From an uncultured Clostridia bacterium (GTDB taxonomy: Bacteria; Bacillota; Clostridia; Christensenellales; CAG-917): a stretch of 57,449 nucleotides of DNA. The stretch spans positions 1 through 57,449 of the forward strand of contig CAKQLT010000003.1 of NCBI GenBank assembly GCA_934254715.1, given 5' to 3'. Positions within the stretch are counted from its first letter, which is position 1. Each line of letters starts with the position of its first letter. The translations under genes and the position numbers were made by a program. The notes under the pieces were generated by a model. The model made no database searches and had not been told where the DNA came from. It saw nothing but the letters and a program-made list of their open reading frames with translations. This document shows, in pieces, positions 41,110-49,727 of this stretch.

Positions 41110-42225
41110 ATGGGACTCATCAAAAGACAACTTCTCAAAGTTATAAGTTGGGAAGACAGTTCTCAAAATACATTAGTTCACAAATTTGAATACGACGACA
41201 GATATGCGATTATGAAAGGGTCGGAACTCATCGTTCGTCCGTCGCAAGCCGCCATATTCGTGTATCGCGGAAGCGTATGCGACGTTTTCACCGAAGGCAG
41301 TTGGAAACTCGACGAAGGTTCGACGCCCGTACTCACCGCGCTCGCAAACTGGAAATACGCGTTTGAAAATCCCAAACAAATCGACGTTTATTACGTCAGT
41401 TTGAGAAGATTCACTCAAATGAAGTGGGGCACGCCCAATCCCGTTATGATGCGCGACAAGGACTTCGGAATGATTCGCATCGCAGGTCACGGCGAGTATT
41501 CTTTCCACGTTATGAATCCGCAACTCTTTATGAGAGAGATTTTCGGCGCAACGCATTCCTACAAGACCGAGGACATCGAGGAACATCTCAAATCTTTGGT
41601 GCTTGCTCAACTTACGGATATGCTCGGCGAATGCGAAATTCCCGCGCTCGAACTTGCGGCAAACTATCTCGAAATCGGCGACACAGTATGCAAGGAAGTG
41701 AAGCCCAGATTCAACGAACTCGGACTTGACATCGATTCCGTCATCGTGCGCAACTTCAAGTTGCCCGAATCCGTCGAAAAGGCGATGGACCAACGCACCA
41801 CGCTCGGCGTATTCGACGGCAAGATGGGCGAGTACGCTCAATACGAATCCGTGCAAGCAATGCGCGACGCGGCAAAGAACCCCGGAATGGGCGGTATGTT
41901 CGGCGCGGCGGGAATCGGTCTCGGAATGGGCGCAAGAGTGGGCAATCAATTTGCGCAAAACCTCGACGAAGCGCAAACGCAAAAAATCAAATGTGCAAAA
42001 TGCGGCGCGTCCGTCAAAGCGGGTGCGAAATTCTGCCCCGAGTGCGGCGCAAAGGTTGGCGCAGAGGCAACCGTAAAATGCTCTAAATGCGGCGCAAGCG
42101 TTCCGCAAGGCGCAAAATTCTGCCCCGAATGCGGTCAACCGATGAACGTCGTATGCCCAAAGTGCGGCGCAAAAGTTAAATCGGGTATGAAATTCTGCCC
42201 CGAGTGCGGCGCAAAAATCGGCTGA
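41110..42225 (+). CDS. SPFH/Band-7 domain protein with three C-terminal zinc ribbons (COG4260, YdjI-like)
   Basis: N-terminus MGLIKRQLLKVISWEDSSQNTLVHKFEYDDRYAIMKGSELIVRPSQAAIFVYRGSVCDVF...ANWKYAFENP matches the YdjI/virion-core-like SPFH family pattern. The tail has three C-x2-C...C-x2-C units. Confidence 0.92.
   Translation: MGLIKRQLLKVISWEDSSQNTLVHKFEYDDRYAIMKGSELIVRPSQAAIFVYRGSVCDVFTEGSWKLDEGSTPVLTALANWKYAFENPKQIDVYYVSLRRFTQMKWGTPNPVMMRDKDFGMIRIAGHGEYSFHVMNPQLFMREIFGATHSYKTEDIEEHLKSLVLAQLTDMLGECEIPALELAANYLEIGDTVCKEVKPRFNELGLDIDSVIVRNFKLPESVEKAMDQRTTLGVFDGKMGEYAQYESVQAMRDAAKNPGMGGMFGAAGIGLGMGARVGNQFAQNLDEAQTQKIKCAKCGASVKAGAKFCPECGAKVGAEATVKCSKCGASVPQGAKFCPECGQPMNVVCPKCGAKVKSGMKFCPECGAKIG
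41989..42222 (+). repeat. Three tandem ~72-78-nt zinc-ribbon coding repeats
   Basis: The three units are KCAKCGASVKAGAKFCPECGAKVG, KCSKCGASVPQGAKFCPECGQPM and VCPKCGAKVKSGMKFCPECGAKIG. The string AAATTCTGCCCCGA(G/A)TGCGG recurs three times at the DNA level. Confidence 0.8.
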
Positions 42226-42252
42226 TAAAGGATAAAACGGACTTAAACACGT

Positions 42253-43326
42253 ATGGCAAATGATTTCGATTACAACGTTTCGGCGGTCGTAAAGTGCCAA
42301 AACTGCGGCGCGGATATGGTTTACGACCCCGAAAAAGGCGCGCTTCATTGCTCGTATTGCGACGCAACTCGCACAATCGACAAAAGAGTGTGCTTCAAGC
42401 GCGATTACGTTCAAGCACTCGACGAGGGCGAGGTCAAATTCGACGATTCGACCTACAAATGCCCCAACTGTGGCGCGGAAGTCAAACTCGCGCCTTTCGA
42501 CACTGCAATAAAATGTCCTTATTGCGGCGGTACGAACGTTGTCGAACTCGAGGATATGAAAGGGCTTAAACCCGACAGTATTCTTCCGTTTGCGCTTTCC
42601 AAAACTCAGGCTTCGGAAGCGGGCAAAAAGTGGATAAAAAAGAAGATTTTTGCACCTATTAAACTAAAAAAGAGTTTCAAGGTGGAAAACTTCAAGGGCG
42701 TGTATATCCCGTCTTACGCTTTCACGACCAACGCCGATTCCACCTACGACGGACGACTTGGCGAACGTCGCACGAGAACCGTCGGAAGCGGCAAGGACCG
42801 CCATATCGAAACCTACATAGAGTGGTACGACGTCAACGGCTCGACAAGCAACTTCTTCGAGGACGTGGCGGTCGAGGCAAGCACGCAACTCAATCAAAAA
42901 GAGTTGAACAAAATCTTGCCCTACGACACCGACAATCTCGAGGCGTACAACAAGGACTACATTGCGGGCTTTTCGGCAGAGAAGTACGACACCTCGCTCA
43001 AAGACGGATTCGACGTTGCAAAGGGTCAGATGGACGACACCATTCGCAAACGCATAATCGACGGTTACGGCGCGGACGTCGTGGATTATCTCAACGTGCA
43101 CACCTCGTACAAGGGAACGGCGTTCCACTATATGATGTTGCCGCTTTGGGTCTGCGCGTACGTATACCGCAAAAAAGGCTATCGTTTCATCATCAATGGT
43201 AGAACCGGCAAGTCCACCGGCAAATCGCCCGTATCGCCGCTTAAAGTCGCAATCGCGGTGCTTTTGGCGGTCGGCATAGTCGCGTTCATCGCGTGGGCGG
43301 TGCTGACGGGACAGTTTGAAACCTAA
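42253..43326 (+). CDS. Zinc-ribbon membrane protein, YdjG-like partner of the SPFH protein
   Basis: Two N-terminal zinc ribbons (KCQNCGADMVYDPEKGALHCSYCDA and YKCPNCGAEVKLAPFDTAIKCPYCGG) and a C-terminal TM helix (VAIAVLLAVGIVAFIAWAVL). The SD is weak. Confidence 0.85.
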   Translation: MANDFDYNVSAVVKCQNCGADMVYDPEKGALHCSYCDATRTIDKRVCFKRDYVQALDEGEVKFDDSTYKCPNCGAEVKLAPFDTAIKCPYCGGTNVVELEDMKGLKPDSILPFALSKTQASEAGKKWIKKKIFAPIKLKKSFKVENFKGVYIPSYAFTTNADSTYDGRLGERRTRTVGSGKDRHIETYIEWYDVNGSTSNFFEDVAVEASTQLNQKELNKILPYDTDNLEAYNKDYIAGFSAEKYDTSLKDGFDVAKGQMDDTIRKRIIDGYGADVVDYLNVHTSYKGTAFHYMMLPLWVCAYVYRKKGYRFIINGRTGKSTGKSPVSPLKVAIAVLLAVGIVAFIAWAVLTGQFET

Positions 43327-43506
43327 TCCGCGGTCGAAAAGCGTAAAACCGTAAAACGCAATACGAAAACGCTAAATTGCAAATCGCAAGGCGAAAGGTT
43401 AAAGTCGTAAAACGACAATACCGAAAGCGCAAAACTACAAGCCTAAAAACGACTTGAAACTAACGAAAACAATTAAAATTTATATATCTTTACGGAGGTA
43501 AAAACA

Positions 43507-43707
43507 ATGGTAACAAAAGATATGCTCATCATCGACGTACTCGCACAAGGCGACCCCGACAAACTCGCAGAAGTGTTGCAAGAGAGCGGAATGCACTGCT
43601 TGCATTGTATGCTCGCACACGGCGAAACTCTCGAAGAAGCGGCGGCAGTACACGGAATCAACGTGGACGAACTCGTTGCAAAACTCAATGCGGCTATCGA
43701 AAAATAA
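43507..43707 (+). CDS. DUF1858 domain protein (hybrid-cluster-protein-associated redox disulfide domain family)
   Basis: The 66-aa product contains MLIIDVLAQGDPDKLAEVLQESGMHCLHCMLAHGETLEEAAAVHGINVDELV, with C-x2-C in the typical DUF1858 context. SD GGAGGT. Confidence 0.9.
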   Translation: MVTKDMLIIDVLAQGDPDKLAEVLQESGMHCLHCMLAHGETLEEAAAVHGINVDELVAKLNAAIEK

Positions 43708-43744
43708 CGTTATAAACGCATAGAAAAACGTCAAAAAAACATAG

Positions 43745-43773
43745 AAAAAACGCCGTTTTTTCGGCGTTTTTTT
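43745..43773. terminator. Bidirectional rho-independent terminator
   Basis: AAAAAACGCCG-TTTTTT-CGGCGTTTTTTT, between the convergent genes DUF1858 (+) and spmB (-). Confidence 0.8.
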
Positions 43774-43953
43774 ATGTCGTTTTTTATTGGTTTTCGTATC
43801 GATTTTATATTGCCGTATGCAATTTGCTTTTTGCTCGAACGCACGTTTTTTAATTGCGGCGAAAAACTTTTCGTCGTTTTTTTAAGTAGTTTTTATATCG
43901 CAATATTCGTTTTTTTCGTTATCCGTTGCGTTTTGCGTTTTTCGCGTCGTTTT

Positions 43954-44466
43954 TCACATAAAGCGGCAGAGTGCGCACGCGATGAGCGCGCCCAAAAGTG
44001 TGCAAAAAAGCGATACGGGGATTGCGTAGCGCAACTTCTTGACCTTGCACGCAGAGAAGTAAACGGCGGCTATATAGAATATTGTTTCGCTGCCGCCCGC
44101 TATCACCGAAGCGCACCTTGCGATATACGAATCCGCGCCGTATTTCGTTATTATGTCCTCGAGTATCGCAATCGTGCCGTTGCCCGAAAGGGGAACGAGC
44201 AAGAGTATTTCGGCAACTTCGCTCGGTATGCCGATATACGCAAGAGGCTTTGCAAGCCACCCCGAAATTATGCTCGAAAGACCGCTTGCTTTGAACATTT
44301 CTATGCACACGAATATGGATGCGATATAGGGGAAGATGTCAATTACGAGGTCGAGTCCGTCCTTTGCGCCGAGCAAAAAACAGTCGTATACTTTCACCTT
44401 TTTGACGATGCAAACTATGATGAGAAGAATGAGAAGAATAGGCAGTATATACATACTTACGCTCAT
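43954..44466 (-). CDS. spmB: Spore maturation protein B (nucleoside-recognition/Gate domain)
   Basis: MSVSMYILPILLILLIIV...FPYIASIFVCIEMFKASG...LVPLSGNGTIA matches the SpmB pattern. Its ATG overlaps the spmA stop codon (ATGA), so I chose 44466 rather than the track start 44502. Confidence 0.9.
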   Translation of the reverse strand: MSVSMYILPILLILLIIVCIVKKVKVYDCFLLGAKDGLDLVIDIFPYIASIFVCIEMFKASGLSSIISGWLAKPLAYIGIPSEVAEILLLVPLSGNGTIAILEDIITKYGADSYIARCASVIAGGSETIFYIAAVYFSACKVKKLRYAIPVSLFCTLLGALIACALCRFM

Positions 44467-45122
44467 AATCCACCTCTTTGCGATTTTACGCCACGTTTGC
44501 AAAACGAGGGTTTTATTTTGCGATTTACGCTAAATAAAGTGCTTGTTTTGTCGTTTGAATCTTTTTTATTCTTTTTTAGCGAAAACACTTTGCAAAGAAT
44601 CATTCCGCACAAAGTGGCTATGCCGCTGGATATTAAAGTGGGCAAAATCACGTCGGACGGACTTTGCGAATTTGCGCTTGCCCTAAGCGCAATCACGGTT
44701 GCGGGAATAAGTTGAATGGACGTTGCGTTTATCACGAGCAACATAATCATATTGTCGGTTGCTCTGTCGCTTCCGTCGCTCATCGCGCTCATCGCTTTTA
44801 TGCCTGCGGGGGTTGCAACGCCGCCCATTCCGAACATATTTGCGGCAAGGTTGACGCAGATTTTGTCGTAGGCGTCGTCCGACTCGTTTTTGAAAATCTT
44901 GCATACCACGGGACGCAGAATCTTCGACAGCTTTTTGTCGAGGGCGGTTGCTTCCACCATTTTCAGAACGGACAGCCACACGGCGTATATCGCGCAAAGT
45001 TTGAATGAAAGTTCGATTGCGCCGCGCACGCCTTCTATCATCGTGGGAAAGGCGGATTCGGGGGACGTTATCGTCATCAGCACCAAAGATATTGCCGTTA
45101 TCAACAGAAATGCAACGTTCAT
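44463..45122 (-). CDS. spmA: Spore maturation protein A (nucleoside-recognition/Gate domain)
   Basis: MNVAFLLITAISLVL...ANMFGMGGVATPAGIKAMSAM...INATSIQLIPATVIALR aligns by eye with B. subtilis SpmA. I chose the start at 45122 to match the SpmA N-terminus. Confidence 0.9.
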   Translation of the reverse strand: MNVAFLLITAISLVLMTITSPESAFPTMIEGVRGAIELSFKLCAIYAVWLSVLKMVEATALDKKLSKILRPVVCKIFKNESDDAYDKICVNLAANMFGMGGVATPAGIKAMSAMSDGSDRATDNMIMLLVINATSIQLIPATVIALRASANSQSPSDVILPTLISSGIATLCGMILCKVFSLKKNKKDSNDKTSTLFSVNRKIKPSFCKRGVKSQRGGL

Positions 45123-45244
45123 ACGATATTGTATTTTTCGCCTCGCGCGCATATGCACTTATGATTTACTTTTATAAATAAAAGATGTATAATGTATAAA
45201 TCAATCCAAAAGGCGGACATCATTAGTCTGCCGACGAGGTGAAT

Positions 45245-47263
45245 ATGCAAGACAAAAAGAAATTTTATATGACCACGGCAATCGCCTACGCTTCGGGCAA
45301 ACCCCACATCGGAAACACCTACGAAATCGTGTTTTCCGACCTCGTTGCAAGAGCAAAGCGTATGGAAGGTTACGACGTGTTTTTCCAAACGGGTACGGAC
45401 GAGCACGGTGAAAAAATCGAACTCAAAGCGCAAGCGGCGGGAATGACCCCCAAGGAATTTGTGGACCAAAAAGCCGCAGACATCAAGCGCATATGGGATT
45501 TGATGGACACCACCTACGACAAATTTATCCGCACCACCGACAAAGAGCACGAGCAGCAAGTGCAAAAGATATTTGAAAAATTCTATAAACAAGGCGACAT
45601 CTACAAGGGCTCGTACAAGGGCTGGTACTGCACGCCTTGCGAATCGTTTTGGACGGAAAGCCAACTCGTCGACGGAAAATGCCCCGACTGCGGCGGCAAA
45701 GTCGAGATGGCGGAAGAAGAAGCGTATTTCTTCAATATGAGCAAATACGCCGACCGCCTTTTGAAATACTACGACGAACACCCCGATTTCATCGTTCCCG
45801 TATCCCGCAAAAACGAGATGGTCAACAACTTCTTGAAGCCCGGACTTCAAGACCTTTGCGTGTCGAGAACGTCGTTCACGTGGGGTATTCCCGTAACGTT
45901 CGACAAACGCCACGTCGTGTACGTTTGGCTCGACGCGCTCACCAATTACATTACGGGTATCGGATTCGATACGGACGGCAATTCGAGCGATTTGTACAAA
46001 AAGGAATGGCCGGCAGACGTGCATATCATCGGCAAAGACATCGTGCGTTTCCACTCGATTTACTGGCCCATTTTCCTTATGGCACTCGGCGAGCCGCTTC
46101 CCAAACAGATTTTCGGACACCCGTGGTTGTTGCAAGACGGCGGAAAGATGTCGAAGTCCAAGGGGAACGTCATTTACGCAGACGACCTCGTGGACTATTT
46201 CGGTGTGGACAGCGTGAGATATTTCCTTCTTTCGCAAATGCCTTTCGACAACGACGGCGTGATAAGTTGGGACTTGGTTATGGACACCATAAACAGCGAA
46301 CTCGTCAACGTGTACGGCAACCTCGTACAACGCACGATTGCTATGACCAACAAGTATTTCGGCGGAATCGTTTGCGACAAGGGGGTGAGCGAACCCGTTG
46401 ACGACGAACTTAAATCCGTCGCAAAAGCGGCGCGCGACAAAGTGTTTGCCAATATAGACGCGTATCGTTCGGCGGACGCGTTGAGCGATATATTCACGGT
46501 TTTGCGCAGAGCAAACAAGTATATCGACGAAACTATGCCGTGGGTGCTTGCAAAGGACGAGCGCCAAAAGGACAGACTTGCAACCGTGCTTTACAACCTC
46601 ACCGAAACGATTGTGATTTGCGCGAGTTTGCTTGCGCCGTTTATGCCGTCCACCTCTCAAAAAGTGGTCGAGCAGTGCGGAACTACGCTTAGAGAGTACG
46701 CAGACCTCGACAAATTCGGACTTTTGCAAAACGGCACGAAAGTTGCGGAAAATCCCGCGCACCTCTTTGCGAGAATCGACGTTGACAAAGTGAAAAAAGA
46801 CTTGCTCGCAAAGGGTATCGTCAAAGAGGACAAACCCGAAGAAACGCCCGAAAAACCCGAAAAGAAAGAGAACGTAAAAGAGGAAAAGAAAGAAGATAAA
46901 AAGGCGGAAAACGTCGTCGATTTGAGCGAAATCACAATCGAGGACTTTGCAAAAATCCAACTGCGCGTCGGAAAAATTCTCACCGCCGAAAAGGTTGAAA
47001 AAGCCGACAAACTTCTCAAATTTTCCGTGCAGATAGGCGACGATACTCGCACGATAGTGAGCGGAATCGCAAAACACTACACGCCCGAAGAAATGGTGGG
47101 CAAAAACGTCGTCGTGGTGTACAACCTCAAACCCGCAAAACTTCGCGGAATAGAGAGCCAAGGTATGCTTCTTTGCGCTTGCTTTAAGAAAGAAGACGGC
47201 AGTGAAGAAGTGGTGCTCGTATCCCCCGAAAAGCCCGTCGAAAGCGGCAGCGTGGTGAGATAA
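45245..47263 (+). CDS. metG: Methionine--tRNA ligase with C-terminal tRNA-binding (Trbp111/EMAPII-like) domain
   Basis: HIGH-type motif ASGKPHIGNTYE, KMSKS motif GGKMSKSKGN, Zn knuckle CTPCE...CPDCGG, and C-terminal IEDFAKIQLRVGKILTAEKVEKADKLLKF. SD GAGGTG precedes the ATG at 45245. Confidence 0.96.
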   Translation: MQDKKKFYMTTAIAYASGKPHIGNTYEIVFSDLVARAKRMEGYDVFFQTGTDEHGEKIELKAQAAGMTPKEFVDQKAADIKRIWDLMDTTYDKFIRTTDKEHEQQVQKIFEKFYKQGDIYKGSYKGWYCTPCESFWTESQLVDGKCPDCGGKVEMAEEEAYFFNMSKYADRLLKYYDEHPDFIVPVSRKNEMVNNFLKPGLQDLCVSRTSFTWGIPVTFDKRHVVYVWLDALTNYITGIGFDTDGNSSDLYKKEWPADVHIIGKDIVRFHSIYWPIFLMALGEPLPKQIFGHPWLLQDGGKMSKSKGNVIYADDLVDYFGVDSVRYFLLSQMPFDNDGVISWDLVMDTINSELVNVYGNLVQRTIAMTNKYFGGIVCDKGVSEPVDDELKSVAKAARDKVFANIDAYRSADALSDIFTVLRRANKYIDETMPWVLAKDERQKDRLATVLYNLTETIVICASLLAPFMPSTSQKVVEQCGTTLREYADLDKFGLLQNGTKVAENPAHLFARIDVDKVKKDLLAKGIVKEDKPEETPEKPEKKENVKEEKKEDKKAENVVDLSEITIEDFAKIQLRVGKILTAEKVEKADKLLKFSVQIGDDTRTIVSGIAKHYTPEEMVGKNVVVVYNLKPAKLRGIESQGMLLCACFKKEDGSEEVVLVSPEKPVESGSVVR

Positions 47264-47270
47264 GTCGGCT

Positions 47271-48044
47271 ATGTTGATTGACACTCATTGCCACTTAAAC
47301 GACGAGAAACTGCTTTGCGACGTAGACAGAATCGTCGAGGATTTTGCAAAGGACAATCTCGAAAGCGCGATATGCGTCGGCTACGATATGCCGTCGAGCG
47401 AACTTGCGGTTACGCTTGCAAACAAGTACGACAAAGTGTATGCGGCGGTGGGGGTGCATCCTCACGACGCAGATACTCTCGACGACGAAGCGTGCCAAAG
47501 ATTGCTCGAACTCGCAAAGGACGGCAAAGTCGTTGGATTCGGCGAAATCGGACTCGATTACTATTACGATTTGAGCGAAAGGGAAGTGCAAAGGAGCGCG
47601 TTTGCAAAGCAAATCGAACTTGCAAATCAAGCAAATTTGCCCGTGATTTTGCACGTTCGCGACGCATACGAGGACACGAGAAAAATCCTTTTCGATATGC
47701 GAAACTACGTTCAAAACGGATTGCTTTTGCATTGCTATTCGGGGTCGAGCGAGTACGTGAAAATCTTTGACAAACTCGACGCGTACTACGCGTTCGGCGG
47801 CGCGATAACCTTCAAAAACGCAAAGCATAATCTCGAATCGCTGGCGGTCGTTCCCAAAGACAGATTGCTTTTGGAAACCGATTGTCCGTATATGACGCCC
47901 GTGCCGTTCAGAGGCAAAACCAACGAACCGAAGTACGTCGCGCTCGTAGCGCAAAAGGCTGCCGAGGTGCTCGGCGTGAGCGTGGAAGAAATCGAGAATA
48001 TCACCACAAAAAACGCAAAACGACTGTTTACGCGCTTGAAATGA
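47271..48044 (+). CDS. tatD: TatD family metal-dependent hydrolase/DNase (YabD-like)
   Basis: MLIDTHCHLND..., GEIGLDYYY, ILHVRDA and LLETDCPYMTP are the TatD signature motifs. Confidence 0.93.
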   Translation: MLIDTHCHLNDEKLLCDVDRIVEDFAKDNLESAICVGYDMPSSELAVTLANKYDKVYAAVGVHPHDADTLDDEACQRLLELAKDGKVVGFGEIGLDYYYDLSEREVQRSAFAKQIELANQANLPVILHVRDAYEDTRKILFDMRNYVQNGLLLHCYSGSSEYVKIFDKLDAYYAFGGAITFKNAKHNLESLAVVPKDRLLLETDCPYMTPVPFRGKTNEPKYVALVAQKAAEVLGVSVEEIENITTKNAKRLFTRLK

Positions 48045-48116
48045 GCGTGTAAAACCTCGATTTTGACGAAACTGCAAAATCGATAACGATAAAAAACAAA
48101 ATTCAGAGAGTATATA

Positions 48117-48734
48117 ATGACCAACAATTACGTTTATGAATTCGGCGACAGTTTATATCTCAACGTTACCAACCGTTGCCCGAACAACTGCGAATTTTGT
48201 ATTCGCAACATCAAGGACGGCGTGAGCGGAAACGACCTTTGGCTTCTGAAAGAACCCACTTTCGAGGAACTCGTGGACGACATCTCTATGTACGATTTGT
48301 CAAAGTACAAAGAAATCGTTTTCTGCGGATTCGGCGAGCCGATGTGCAATCTGTCTATGATTTCGCAAATCGCGCCTTACCTCAAAAAGAAAGGTTGCAA
48401 AATCCGTATCAATACGAACGGACTTGGCAATCTCATCAACAAGCGCGATGACGTTGCAAAACTCATTGCGCCCTACGTTGACAGCGTGTCCGTGTCGCTC
48501 AACGCTTCGACGCCCGAAGCGTATCAGGAAATTTGCAGAAGCAAGTACGGCGAGGCGGCGTTTGACGCTATGCTCAAATTCACCAAAGACTGCGTCGACG
48601 CAGGCATAGACACGACTATGTCGGTGGTCGATTTTATCGGCGAGGACGAAGTCAAGGCTTGCGGCGAACTCGCAAAGAGCGTCGGCGCGCATTACAAGGT
48701 GCGCGAAACCATAAGAGAGGACACCGAGTATTAA
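48117..48734 (+). CDS. Radical SAM protein, TatD-family-associated type
   Basis: C-x3-C-x2-C cluster motif NRCPNNCEFC near the N-terminus, followed by IVFCGFGEP. The size (~205 aa) and position next to tatD fit the TatD-associated radical SAM family as I remember it. Confidence 0.88.
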   Translation: MTNNYVYEFGDSLYLNVTNRCPNNCEFCIRNIKDGVSGNDLWLLKEPTFEELVDDISMYDLSKYKEIVFCGFGEPMCNLSMISQIAPYLKKKGCKIRINTNGLGNLINKRDDVAKLIAPYVDSVSVSLNASTPEAYQEICRSKYGEAAFDAMLKFTKDCVDAGIDTTMSVVDFIGEDEVKACGELAKSVGAHYKVRETIREDTEY

Positions 48735-48879
48735 GAAAAAACAGCAGACAACTCGTGACCACTGTTTTTTATCTTTTGTACTTCGATTGTTCGTCCGATG
48801 TGATTTGACGTTTTATCTTCGGTACGATAGTAGTATGTGACAAACGTCTCGGCACATACGCGCTTTTGAAAGGAAATAA

Positions 48880-49722
48880 ATGGAAAATAACGGCATAAAA
48901 GACATAATACGCGGCGTAAACTTCCGCTTCAACAAGGCTCTGGGTCAAAACTTCATCACCGACTCGAACCTTCTCGACGCAATCGTTGCGGACGGCGGAA
49001 TAACGGGCGACGACGTCGTCGTCGAGATAGGCACGGGGGCGGGTACGCTCACTCGCGCCATTGCAAAAGTCGCAAAAAAAGTGTACTCGTTCGAGGTGGA
49101 CCGCAATTTAGAGCCCGTGCTTGCGCTCTCGCTTCAAGGCGTCGAAAACGCCGAAGTCGTGTTCCGCGACGTCCTCAAAATGAAAGACGACGAACTTGCC
49201 GCAATCGTGGGAAGCAAATTCAAAGTGGTTGCGAATTTGCCTTATTATATCACCACGCCGCTTGCTATGCGCTTTATCGAAAGCACGCTCGACGTGGAAT
49301 CCATAACTATTATGGTGCAGAAAGAAGTCGCGCTTCGCTTCGTTGCAAAGCCGAACACGCCCGACTATTCTGCAATTACGCTTGCAATCGAAATGGCGGG
49401 CGACGCGCAGATTACGAGAAACGTGTCGAGAAATATGTTTTATCCCGCGCCGAACGTGGACAGCGCAGTCGTGCGCATAGATATAAACCGCCACAAACTC
49501 GACGGCGAAAACAAGGCGCTTCTTCACAAACTCGCACGCTCGTCTTTCGCTATGAGAAGAAAGACTCTTGCAAACAACCTTTCCGTTGCGTTCTCGCTCG
49601 AAAAGCAAGAGGCGACTCAAATCGTCGAGGAAGCGGGATTTCCGCCGCTCGTGAGAGGGGAAGCGTTGTCCCTCGAAGACTACAAAACTTTGTCAAAAAC
49701 GCTTGAAAAGCACATAAAATAA
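48880..49722 (+). CDS. rsmA: 16S rRNA (adenine1518/1519-N6)-dimethyltransferase
   Basis: FRFNKALGQNFITDSNLLDAIV, EIGTGAGTLT (SAM site) and NLPYYITTP are RsmA/KsgA motifs. Confidence 0.95.
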   Translation: MENNGIKDIIRGVNFRFNKALGQNFITDSNLLDAIVADGGITGDDVVVEIGTGAGTLTRAIAKVAKKVYSFEVDRNLEPVLALSLQGVENAEVVFRDVLKMKDDELAAIVGSKFKVVANLPYYITTPLAMRFIESTLDVESITIMVQKEVALRFVAKPNTPDYSAITLAIEMAGDAQITRNVSRNMFYPAPNVDSAVVRIDINRHKLDGENKALLHKLARSSFAMRRKTLANNLSVAFSLEKQEATQIVEEAGFPPLVRGEALSLEDYKTLSKTLEKHIK

Positions 49723-49727
49723 GAAGT

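Noticed and set aside
43774-44715. A 313-aa plus-strand ORF overlapping spmB and spmA in antisense.
   Set aside because: spmB and spmA on the minus strand have clear family motifs and a coupled ATGA junction. The plus-strand ORF begins in a T-rich low-complexity tract and has no motifs.
45159-45244. A T-box or other leader upstream of metG.
   Set aside because: The intergenic region is only ~85 nt, too short for a T-box (~200+ nt). It contains no specifier-loop or T-box sequence that I can see. Only a possible weak promoter and a small hairpin (GGCGGAC...GTCTGCC) are present.
45119-47284. A 721-aa minus-strand ORF antisense to metG. Similar long antisense ORFs lie opposite the GH127-like gene (9394..10752), the SPFH gene (41173..42414), the ATPase (54983..56212 +) and others.
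   Set aside because: The sense genes are unambiguous (HIGH/KMSKS, DKTGT and so on). The antisense ORFs are compositional artefacts of the same codon bias.
48735-48879. A terminator after the radical SAM gene (AAAAAACAG...CTGTTTTTT) and a promoter for rsmA (TTGACG at 48805).
   Set aside because: The stem is only an A/U-rich 7 bp with a 17-nt loop, and no acceptable -10 box lies at 16-18 nt from the TTGACG. The evidence is too weak to annotate, and rsmA may be co-transcribed with the upstream genes.
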